This document shows, one piece after another, positions 19,096-28,131 of a DNA stretch of 64,000 bases. The translations under genes and the position numbers were made by a program. Under the pieces are notes generated by a model. That model did no database searches. It saw only the letters and a list, made by a program, of their open reading frames with translations, and was not told where the DNA came from. Source of the stretch: a virus (Duplodnaviria; Caudoviricetes); IMG/VR virus record IMGVR_UViG_3300010270_000379, positions 11,649 through 75,648 of that record. The stretch is one strand, 5' to 3'. The stretch's first letter is position 1. Each line of letters begins with the position of its first letter.

Positions 19096-19132
19096 AAAAA
19101 CAGGTAACGCATCCTATAAAGGACACGTTACC
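19096..19132 (-). terminator. Terminator-like hairpin in front of the nuclease-like gene
   Basis: GGTAACGTGTCC/GGATGCGTTACC followed by TGTTTTT. Confidence 0.6.
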
Positions 19133-19163
19133 AGAAATCTTTTCTACTCTTGCAGATAGATTA

Positions 19164-22100
19164 CTATTTACGAATTAAGAAGCGGCCATCTTTAATAAGA
19201 TATTTTGGAAGTGATTTCTCTATTTTACCGGCACCGTCAATGTCAATTTTAATATCCTTACCGGTTTCTGCCATAATCTGATTTACAGCATAGCGGCCGT
19301 TTCTATTCAATTGTCGCTGCCATGCACCCTGAGAAGGAGACCATCTAAAGCCGTTATGTTTAAGTTTATCAATAACGTCTCTTTCTGGCTTTCCATCGTA
19401 GATAATCTGAATTCTATCAAGCTCTGGATTTTCATAGATATAACCACCATCAAAATCTACACGGCCGGTATTTGTGTTTGAACCTGATCCGCCTTCATTA
19501 TTGCTTTCAGATGCTTTTCTTTCATCAATAACGGCCTGTCTTTTCTGTAGTTCTTCAAGTCTCTGTTTATTTCTACGAATATCGGCTGTCTGATTTGAGC
19601 CAAACGGATGTTCTATCCCCTGTTTAATAACTTCATCAGAATATCCTTTTTCTTTTGCAGCATTTACAGTCTGAGTTAAAACTTCACGTCTTTTAGCTCT
19701 ATCTTCATCAGATCTATCAGCCCATTGCCAATTGGTAATACCGTTCTTTTTACACATTTTGTTGTAAAGAAGTGTAACGTCATGTGAATCTTCCATGAAC
19801 TTGATTTTTCCCTGGATTTTCTCAATAGCGTATGGATCTGTATTGTCAATCTTATCGCCATAACTCCATTTTCCCCTAGAGTAATCTTCAAAAACTTTCT
19901 TCTTTACATCTTCAACGCTATCATTACCGCCGGTATATTTCAGCTCTTTCAAACGTTTTTCAGTGTTCTTAATAAACTTTTCTTTCTTTTCTTCAAAAGT
20001 TTCGTAGGCACGTCTTTCTGCTTCCATCTTCTGATTAAAACGTTTTGTATTATATCTAGCCGGGCCGGCTACTGCCCATGAAGGGCCGGCAGCAAGTCTT
20101 TTACTTGCCATTTCATTATAGCTACTTCCAACTAATCCGGCATAAGCATTAATACGCTCCTGGAAATATGCTTTTTGCTGCTCATTCATCTTTGAAACAT
20201 TGAACTTATCACGGAAATTTGACATTTCAACATTTACATCATGCTGATAAACTGAGCCGGCATTACCTGACATTGAAATATCACTAACTCTACGGGCTGT
20301 TTCTGAATCAATTCTAGGAATAGGTGTAACTATACCATCCCTAGCGTCTTTTTCATCCATTTCAGCCCTTGCAACGTTATCTCTTGCAGCATTAAGTTTC
20401 TTATCAAGTTCAAATCCGTTGCCCTGGCCTATCTGACTTTCAAGATCTTTTAATTCTTTTTTTGCATCTTCAACGGCATCAGAATCGCTCATTTTTCCGT
20501 TATAAGCGGCATCGTGTAAAGTCAAAAGCTCTCTACGATCATCACCGGTGTAATTCTTTGTTGAATCTGTAAGTCTGGTAACTTCGGCCATAAGCTCTTT
20601 TATTTTTGAGCTACCGTTAAGCCATTTCTGATAATCAGAATCAGGCCCCATATCCTTTTCACTCAATCCACCACCAAAACCGTTATTCTTTTCATAAAGA
20701 GCAACGTTTTCTTTTTTCTGTTTAGTGATTTCTTTACCAAGTTTCTTATATTCTGCTACAGCTTCATCCTTAGTAAAATTAGAATAATCGACTACAGGCT
20801 CATTTTCTTCCGGCTCAACAAGTCTAAATCCGGCCGCATTATCATTGCCTAACATAGCATTAGAGCGATTTTCATGCTTCTCTGCTTCTGTTTCTTCCGG
20901 CTCTGTATCAGGCTCATTCTTTACTTCTTCAAGTTTCTGTTTAAGCTGCTCACGATAGTCTTTTTTACTCTGTATTGTTTCTTCATCATCAAGATTGTTG
21001 ATTTCAATACCGAGTTTAATAATTCTATCTTCCAAAGTCTGTATTTTTTCTTCTTTAGAAAGTCCACCAAGATATACAGGAGGTTCTTTTTCAAGGGCCT
21101 CAGCAAATTTATCAAGCAATTCACCAAATTTTTTAGCTTCTTCTTTTTCAGCCTTCTTTTTCTTTTCTTCCATTTCTTTCTGGTATTGTCTGGTTTTTGC
21201 TTCCTTCCAGATTTCTTTATTTTTTTCCTGTATATCTCGTCTTTCCCTATAGGCTTTCAGTTCTTCTTCTGTAGGCTCTGTAAGCTGTTTTTCAAGGTCC
21301 TTAATCTGGTTTTCAATTTCTGTCTGCTGCTCTTTTGTCAAACTAGCCCATTTTGTAGCACGGCCACGATAAAGTTCACGTTTCAAAGCCATAAGTTTAA
21401 GATGGTCGTAATATGGATGATCCGGGAATACACTACAACTATCTTTCTCAAAATAATCTGTCATCATATCAGTATTATTTTCAGGATAGAAAATAGAAGG
21501 AATACTAGCACCGTAACTATCAGCATACAAGCGAATATATTCACTTCCATCATCAGCTTCACGAATTGTAGCGTCAATCTTTTCAAGTTTACCGGATTTA
21601 TCTTTAATACCATCTTTTGTAAATCTGTATCGAGGAATATTTGAAGTATCTGAGCTTTCATTATAGGCATTACTTACACCCATAACAGTATTAAAGAACT
21701 TCTCAGCAATTGTTGAACCTGTTGCACCGTCAAGCTGCTCTTTAAGATCGTTTACTTTCTTCCAAACTTCTGTAAATGTTTCATCGTCATTAGGCATATA
21801 TCTAGGTCGATAATTCTCTTTTTCGGCCATTTCTTTCAAGTCTACAACGATATAACCAGGTCGCTTAAACTTATCTTCATAGTTGATTCTTACAGATGGA
21901 TTGTCGATTGTTTCAGTATCACCCAAAGAGAATGAATAGCCATCACCAAAGGCCAAAGCATCTGAGTAATAACCACCGAATTTCTTATAAAGCCAATCAC
22001 TAGAAATAGTCTGGCCCTTTACCTTACGTTTAATCCATTCATTGATTGTATCATGGTATACAGAAGGAATTTTGAATGAGCCTTTATTTTCTTCTTTAAG

Positions 22101-23105
22101 TCTATTTCTAAATTCAGCAATCTTCTTTTCAACTTCATCTTTTTCTTTTCTGGCAGCACGTCTTTTTATATCTTCTTCCTGTGTTGTATGTCTATTGCTC
22201 CATCCGCCATTCTGCTTAAATTCCTTTTCAAGAACATTATAACGGTCTATCAGGGCCTTAAATTCAGCCTTGTCTTTTTCAATCTTAGCTACTTCTTCGA
22301 CAGTTTTTTCCTGTTCTTTCTTGAAGTCTTTTTTAGCGTTCTGGTTGCCTTTCATAGCTTCACTTAAAGATGTAGTATCTTTAATTTCAGTCTGAACGGC
22401 CTCGTTAGTTCCGTTAATATCCTGTTTTTTAGCATTTTCTGTAGCTGTTTCAGTAACTTTTTCTTCTGCAGTAGGTGTAACTTTCTGTACATCTTTTGCT
22501 GCAAATCGGCCCATAGAACCATCATCAAAATTAATAAATACCATACCATTATTAAAGTCTTTTACAACTTTTCCGGTCTGGCCTTTATAAGTTACTTTAT
22601 CACCTACGGCAATTTTACCCTGTACAGGTTTTAATATCTCTTTTACTTTTTCTGTAAATGTTTTTTTGCCACCGTTCAATGCTGTCTTAGCTGTTCTTAC
22701 GGCTTCTTGTAATTCTGAAACAATATCAAGTGTTTTTCCGTTTGTATCCTGGAATCTGTTTACATTTTCCATAACAATCTGCAGTAATTCATCTGTAGAT
22801 TTTGCGTTCATTACGGCCTTTTTAAGATATGCTATAGACTGTTTTGCACCACGGCTATTAGATTCATAAATCAATCTCCATTTGCCCGGAGCAATCTTTT
22901 TATATTTACGGCCTCGCCATTCTCTTACAGTTCCAATACCATAACCACGGCTTTTCTCAATCTCACTAAATGTGGATGGATTCATAACATTGTAGATGTA
23001 TTCAAGCTGATTAAGAGATTTATTAATCTCTGCCGGAGCATCATCTGTCTGCTTATTCAAAATCGCAATAATCTTCTTCTTAAAGTAATTCAAGTCTTTA
23101 GCCAT
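19164..23105 (-). CDS. Tagged cargo C: 1313-aa polyvalent protein (SH3/KOW-like repeat, DUF3560-like C-terminus)
   Basis: Shared N-terminal module; VGDKVTYKGQTGKV; DRIQIIYDGKP...LKHNGFRWSPSQGAWQRQL; start MAKDL. Confidence 0.65.
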   Translation of the reverse strand: MAKDLNYFKKKIIAILNKQTDDAPAEINKSLNQLEYIYNVMNPSTFSEIEKSRGYGIGTVREWRGRKYKKIAPGKWRLIYESNSRGAKQSIAYLKKAVMNAKSTDELLQIVMENVNRFQDTNGKTLDIVSELQEAVRTAKTALNGGKKTFTEKVKEILKPVQGKIAVGDKVTYKGQTGKVVKDFNNGMVFINFDDGSMGRFAAKDVQKVTPTAEEKVTETATENAKKQDINGTNEAVQTEIKDTTSLSEAMKGNQNAKKDFKKEQEKTVEEVAKIEKDKAEFKALIDRYNVLEKEFKQNGGWSNRHTTQEEDIKRRAARKEKDEVEKKIAEFRNRLKEENKGSFKIPSVYHDTINEWIKRKVKGQTISSDWLYKKFGGYYSDALAFGDGYSFSLGDTETIDNPSVRINYEDKFKRPGYIVVDLKEMAEKENYRPRYMPNDDETFTEVWKKVNDLKEQLDGATGSTIAEKFFNTVMGVSNAYNESSDTSNIPRYRFTKDGIKDKSGKLEKIDATIREADDGSEYIRLYADSYGASIPSIFYPENNTDMMTDYFEKDSCSVFPDHPYYDHLKLMALKRELYRGRATKWASLTKEQQTEIENQIKDLEKQLTEPTEEELKAYRERRDIQEKNKEIWKEAKTRQYQKEMEEKKKKAEKEEAKKFGELLDKFAEALEKEPPVYLGGLSKEEKIQTLEDRIIKLGIEINNLDDEETIQSKKDYREQLKQKLEEVKNEPDTEPEETEAEKHENRSNAMLGNDNAAGFRLVEPEENEPVVDYSNFTKDEAVAEYKKLGKEITKQKKENVALYEKNNGFGGGLSEKDMGPDSDYQKWLNGSSKIKELMAEVTRLTDSTKNYTGDDRRELLTLHDAAYNGKMSDSDAVEDAKKELKDLESQIGQGNGFELDKKLNAARDNVARAEMDEKDARDGIVTPIPRIDSETARRVSDISMSGNAGSVYQHDVNVEMSNFRDKFNVSKMNEQQKAYFQERINAYAGLVGSSYNEMASKRLAAGPSWAVAGPARYNTKRFNQKMEAERRAYETFEEKKEKFIKNTEKRLKELKYTGGNDSVEDVKKKVFEDYSRGKWSYGDKIDNTDPYAIEKIQGKIKFMEDSHDVTLLYNKMCKKNGITNWQWADRSDEDRAKRREVLTQTVNAAKEKGYSDEVIKQGIEHPFGSNQTADIRRNKQRLEELQKRQAVIDERKASESNNEGGSGSNTNTGRVDFDGGYIYENPELDRIQIIYDGKPERDVIDKLKHNGFRWSPSQGAWQRQLNRNGRYAVNQIMAETGKDIKIDIDGAGKIEKSLPKYLIKDGRFLIRK

Positions 23106-23136
23106 CTTAATTTTCCTCCCAGGAACGAAAAAAAAT

Positions 23137-23254
23137 AAAAAAAGGCAGCTACCAAAAAACAGATCCAAAAATCTGTTAATTGATAACTGCCCTTTTCAGA
23201 ACATATTATTTGTAATGTTTAAGTTATTTTATAACAGTATTACCCAAAAATCAA
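23137..23254 (-). promoter_or_regulatory. Late leader L4 (cargo C operon)
   Basis: TTGATT-17-TAAAAT; ATGTTCTGAAAAGGGCAGTT...AGCTGCC followed by T-run. Confidence 0.8.
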
Positions 23255-23257
23255 TTA

Positions 23258-23464
23258 CTAATTGCCTGATAATAAATCGTCTATTTTTTCTGTAAATGAT
23301 TTTTTCACCGGTTTTTCAATTATAGATTCCTCACCGTGTAATTGTTTCATATACTGATTAAATTCCTCTACAATTCCGGCCGGAGCGCCTTCTTTAAGAT
23401 GCCAATTATCTTCTTCCATAACAAAATATGGAGAATCTAAAAATAGTGGTCTACTTCCTATCAT
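23258..23464 (-). CDS. Small protein coupled to cargo D; candidate immunity/partner
   Basis: ATGA overlap with cargo D stop; WHLKEGAP...EEFNQY. Confidence 0.6.
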   Translation of the reverse strand: MIGSRPLFLDSPYFVMEEDNWHLKEGAPAGIVEEFNQYMKQLHGEESIIEKPVKKSFTEKIDDLLSGN

Positions 23465-25551
23465 ACCATACCTCTCATATATTTCTTATATTTTAATGTT
23501 TCCTTAAAAACTTCAACTGCAAAAGCAGAAGGATTTTCACTTCCTAAAGCCTGTTGTAAACACTCAGCACCAAATTCGTCTGCATCTGTTGTAGCATATT
23601 CCGATATACCAAATTTTATAATATCATCCTGTTTAGGTCCACCTTTTTTACCTCGCATTTTCAATCGTTTAGTTACATTTTGTTTTATTCTTTTTGCAAG
23701 CCTTCCATGTGTCATAACATGATAATATTCATGGTATGTAATATCTTTTGCCGATGTTCCTTTAGGATGGAAAGATCCTTCTGTTCCCTCATAAGTATCT
23801 TGAAAATTTGAATAATCACTATAATTTTTTGAATTATAGGTAATCTCTCCACCCCTGGCAAAAGCCCACCAATTTTTATAACATGGTTCACACTTCATTG
23901 AAATATTTCTACCTTTTTGTTCTGGAAATATAGCAAATAACCGTTCCATGCACTTAAACACATCTTTAGCAGCATTTACATCCATTCTTTTTAAGTCTAA
24001 TCGTTTGTTTCCTTCATCAGAATACCAATCTTTAGACTTAATCAGGTTTTCAACATCTTCCGAAATTTTACACTCATTTATTTTTTCATCCTTGCCATAT
24101 TTATAACCTCGTAAATAATAATAAGCTATCGGCCCCATAAAAACATCAAGTTTCTTTTCAAAACTATCTCTTTCTTCTGCAAGTTCATTAGCTTGTTTTC
24201 TGTAGCTTAAAACTTCATCCCATATTTCATGTCTACTTTCATCGTGGTTTAGTAATAATTCATGGTATTTATTTCTTGCTTCATTTTCTTTTTTAATTAC
24301 ATCTTTTAATTTTTCCTTTAGTGTATCTCTTTCAGCCATAAGAGAATTTACACCTTCCAGGGCTTTAGTTACTTCTTCATCGGAATAAGTTTTTAGTCCA
24401 TTATCCTCATTAATCTTATTTATCTTTTCTTCCCTGGCAACCTTAGCAGCTCTATTTTTCTCTTTTATTTCTTCATTTACTTTATGCTTTACACGATTTT
24501 CAACATCTTTTAATAATTCATCAAAATTAGAAATACCATTAATAACACACCATCTTTGAGCAGCTTTCTTATCTGTTATATTTTTCATAAGAGTAATTAA
24601 ATTTGTATAAACAGCCCATGTAGAATTTTTGTGTTCATTTACAAATTCATTAATCTTATTATTAAAATCAACAATAGCACTGTTTTCTGAATCTGGAATA
24701 TCAGCCCTGTTAACATTTTTTTCGTTTTCAATTCCTACAAAAAAGTCTTTTTTAATATAATTCTTTTCAACTTCATTAAAGCGCCACTGTATTCTTGATA
24801 ATAAAGGATGCAATTCACCTTTTAATCTTTCATAAGCTGCTGATTTATTCCAATCCCCTTCATTTTCTGCTTCACGTAACTTTTTTGTAATATTACCGTA
24901 AAGTTCTGTTGCCTGATCGTGAATAGCTTTCATAGTTTTATAATCGCTATTATCATAATCAACATGAACGGTTTTATTATAAGCTGCATCTATTTCCTTT
25001 ATTTCATCTGAAATTCTTTCATCTTCACTCTTTCCATTTTCCTTCTTAAACTGTTCTATCTGTTCCTGGGTAGATGGTTTTCCTGTATTCAAGCGGCCTC
25101 TACTTTCTTTTACAGCGTTTTGAAGTTCTTCCACAATCGGCAGCAACTTACCATCAGCATCCATGAACCTGTTAGTATTTTCCATTACAAGTTGTAATAA
25201 TTCGTCTATGCTCTGAGCATTTGCAATTTTCTTTTTGATGATATTAATAGACTGTCTGGCCCCTCTTGTATTTGAATCGTAAATCCTTCGCCACTTTCCA
25301 GGAGCTATTTTTCGAAATTTCTGGCCCTTCCAAACTCTAACCGTACCTATTCCATAGCCGGCCTTTTCAATTCCTATTTCAGAATATGTCTTTTTAATTG
25401 AATTGTCATAATCCTCTATGGCTTTACTTACAATTTCTTCATCATTCTTTTCCAGGACCTTAATTAATTCCTTCTTAAAATAATTTAATTGCGCTGCATC
25501 CTTCTTTTTATTCAAGCTCTTAATTAATTCAGCACTTACTACAACCTTCAT
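23461..25551 (-). CDS. Tagged cargo D: polyvalent protein with zincin metallopeptidase domain
   Basis: Shared N-terminal module; HEYYH and SEYATTDADEFGAE. Confidence 0.7.
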   Translation of the reverse strand: MKVVVSAELIKSLNKKKDAAQLNYFKKELIKVLEKNDEEIVSKAIEDYDNSIKKTYSEIGIEKAGYGIGTVRVWKGQKFRKIAPGKWRRIYDSNTRGARQSINIIKKKIANAQSIDELLQLVMENTNRFMDADGKLLPIVEELQNAVKESRGRLNTGKPSTQEQIEQFKKENGKSEDERISDEIKEIDAAYNKTVHVDYDNSDYKTMKAIHDQATELYGNITKKLREAENEGDWNKSAAYERLKGELHPLLSRIQWRFNEVEKNYIKKDFFVGIENEKNVNRADIPDSENSAIVDFNNKINEFVNEHKNSTWAVYTNLITLMKNITDKKAAQRWCVINGISNFDELLKDVENRVKHKVNEEIKEKNRAAKVAREEKINKINEDNGLKTYSDEEVTKALEGVNSLMAERDTLKEKLKDVIKKENEARNKYHELLLNHDESRHEIWDEVLSYRKQANELAEERDSFEKKLDVFMGPIAYYYLRGYKYGKDEKINECKISEDVENLIKSKDWYSDEGNKRLDLKRMDVNAAKDVFKCMERLFAIFPEQKGRNISMKCEPCYKNWWAFARGGEITYNSKNYSDYSNFQDTYEGTEGSFHPKGTSAKDITYHEYYHVMTHGRLAKRIKQNVTKRLKMRGKKGGPKQDDIIKFGISEYATTDADEFGAECLQQALGSENPSAFAVEVFKETLKYKKYMRGMV

Positions 25552-25561
25552 TTATGGCCTC

Positions 25562-25728
25562 CCACGTAAAATATGACTTTTTTGCTATTTACGGATTTAC
25601 CGTATTTAACACTTGTTTTCTTGTCTAAAACTGTCTAAAATCTTGTCTATTTACGTCTAATATGTAATTAATAATGTCTAAAAATGTCTAACTATCCACG
25701 TAAAATATTACTTTTAGACTTTTTAGAC
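25562..25728. repeat. GTCTA/TAGAC array flanked by 20-bp direct repeats
   Basis: CCACGTAAAATATKACTTTT at 25562 and 25696; six GTCTA and two TAGAC copies. Confidence 0.75.
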
Positions 25729-28131
25729 TTCTGGATAATATCTAATCCAGGAACCTCTACACCACGGATGAACTATACCGACCGGACAATCACCCTCATT
25801 TTTACCATCCCATATAGCATATTTAGCATAAGGATCTTTAATTCTCTCATTAGGCAATGGAACATCACTCCATAAAACGATAGTTCCATTAAGTTTTTTA
25901 CACTGTTTACAAGTGTTATCATCCATCATTTCAAAACGCTTAAAATAAACTTTAGAATTCGGCTCTGAGTTATATACTTCTTCCTGGATATATGCACTAT
26001 TAGCGGCCATCTGGACCTCGCTATCAGCAATTCTCTGCATATCTCTATTAAGACTTGCACACTTATCAAAAAGATTCTGAGCTACAACGGATTTACTTTG
26101 TTTATCTCTAATACCATCAATAATTATTTGCTGTATGTTATTTCGTATGTCATCACTTACTCTAGTAACTCTCTGGGCCGCTGAATCTACTGCTATTTGA
26201 ATTCGGGCCTGTCTCTCTCTGGAAATAACATCCCCGAATTTATCTTTCATGTTTTTAATAGAATCACCAATCCAATCAACGTCATATCTTTTGGCTTTAA
26301 TATCAGATAATGACATTTTTCTTACGGCTTCCAGGCTATTTGTTTTTGAAAGTCTATCAAGAATAATTCCTAAACTTTCTGCAGACAATACAATTTTCTC
26401 ACCTATTCCGGCATAATTACGGTTAAGATATTTTTCAAGCTCTACAACAAACATTTTCCATTCTGATTCTTTAATAGGAAGTCCTGTAGATGGATTATAC
26501 AAAATCTTGCCTTTATGCTTTAATTCACCGGCCTTACTTACAATTCTAATATCCGGCAAGTCAAAATATGCAATAACAAAATTATAAATAGCTCTGGTCC
26601 TATTTGTGAACTCTTTGAAATACTTATCTACAAGTTCTTCCTGAGCTTTATATACAAAAGTCTCACCTTTACTAGCACCGGAAATATCAGCATCAAGAGA
26701 CAACGCAATTTTATGTACGGCCTTTTCAATTTTGCTTCTGTCAAAATCTGTTATTCTTACAAGTAAATTACCATAACTTGTAGATGCATCTGCCGGAATA
26801 TGTTTAATCATAAACGGCTGATTATTTGCAATAGCATTTAAGGCCTTATTTACCTGTTCAAGTTTCTGCTGTTTATTATTTTCTGTAATATCAGTAATGT
26901 TTATATCAAAAGATTTATGAACCATTTTCCCCTTATGACTGAAAATAAAGCTCTTAAACTGCTCCATTGTCATTGTTGTCATGCTGCCATAAAAACCTGG
27001 CCTATCGTATTGTTTCATATAGGCTTTTTTTGCATCCTCAGCACTTGCAAAACATAACATACATTTATCTTCATCGTATTTATGTGTTACCGGATCATTC
27101 TGGTGGATTACATAAACCTTTTCAGCCTTTTTATCTGGACCTACATAGCAATCTAAGTGATCTTTGTCTACTCCTACAGTTCCACGGATATAACCATAAT
27201 CATAATTCATATATGTCCGCCATTTATGACCGTCTTTATCTACTCCTGAACGATATGAGCCTTTTTTATTTTCGATAGAAATATCCATACCATAAAGTTT
27301 AGTTCTACCCTGTAATTTATGGCCGGAATAAGTTAGAGATTTATTCAAATCTTTATAGGCTTTATATGCAATTACATTCTCTGCATCCTGATGCAATTGT
27401 TCTTCTGCAACATACCTTGTTAGTTTATCATCGTATTTTTGAATAATAGAATCATAATCTAAACCTTTTTTATTACAAAGATGATGTAATTCTACTTTCC
27501 AATCAGTAAAAAGAGATTTATTTATAGTTTCAGGATTAATAATATAAGCAACTTTTTTATTTAATACACGTTTATCTTCTTTTTCACAATTTTTTACAAC
27601 TGATGCAGATAATTTATCATTGTTACCTATTTCAAACTTTACAAGTTTTTCATCTTGCCAATCTCCACCACAAGCAATTATGAAATATGTATCAGAAAGT
27701 TCCATAAGTTCACAATTCTCTAAATCTTGTCCTTTTGGATAACCTTCAATCTCATAAACTTTTTTAGGAATTAAATGAAAATAATCTCTTTCATCATCCA
27801 TCAGTTTTAACATTTCGTTTTGCAATTCTGGTGATAATCTTCTAGTCCACAAATTAAACAGTTTATCAGTAATAGTTAGAGATTTCTCATATCTTTTTCT
27901 ATCAATTTCTCTATCTAATAAAATTATTTTTCGTAAATCTTCATCAACTCTATCTAATAAATCCACATTTTTATTTGACTGTAATTTGCTTGTTATTTGC
28001 TTATTTTGAGAATTTAAGGCTGATTTTTGTAGTTTTTCTGCAAATTCCGGCTTAATATCCTCGATTTTTGGAGATTTTAATTTGACTGTCATTTGCTCAA
28101 CTACATCTTTTTTTACCCTTACATTAGCCAT
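25723..28131 (-). CDS. MuF/gp7-like head morphogenesis protein with inorganic-pyrophosphatase-like domain
   Basis: ISIEN.KGS.RSG.D..G..W...M..DYGYI...G.D.D..D...DEDK.ML (InPase-like); C-terminal CKQCKKLNG...HPWCRG. Confidence 0.75.
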   Translation of the reverse strand: MANVRVKKDVVEQMTVKLKSPKIEDIKPEFAEKLQKSALNSQNKQITSKLQSNKNVDLLDRVDEDLRKIILLDREIDRKRYEKSLTITDKLFNLWTRRLSPELQNEMLKLMDDERDYFHLIPKKVYEIEGYPKGQDLENCELMELSDTYFIIACGGDWQDEKLVKFEIGNNDKLSASVVKNCEKEDKRVLNKKVAYIINPETINKSLFTDWKVELHHLCNKKGLDYDSIIQKYDDKLTRYVAEEQLHQDAENVIAYKAYKDLNKSLTYSGHKLQGRTKLYGMDISIENKKGSYRSGVDKDGHKWRTYMNYDYGYIRGTVGVDKDHLDCYVGPDKKAEKVYVIHQNDPVTHKYDEDKCMLCFASAEDAKKAYMKQYDRPGFYGSMTTMTMEQFKSFIFSHKGKMVHKSFDINITDITENNKQQKLEQVNKALNAIANNQPFMIKHIPADASTSYGNLLVRITDFDRSKIEKAVHKIALSLDADISGASKGETFVYKAQEELVDKYFKEFTNRTRAIYNFVIAYFDLPDIRIVSKAGELKHKGKILYNPSTGLPIKESEWKMFVVELEKYLNRNYAGIGEKIVLSAESLGIILDRLSKTNSLEAVRKMSLSDIKAKRYDVDWIGDSIKNMKDKFGDVISRERQARIQIAVDSAAQRVTRVSDDIRNNIQQIIIDGIRDKQSKSVVAQNLFDKCASLNRDMQRIADSEVQMAANSAYIQEEVYNSEPNSKVYFKRFEMMDDNTCKQCKKLNGTIVLWSDVPLPNERIKDPYAKYAIWDGKNEGDCPVGIVHPWCRGSWIRYYPEV

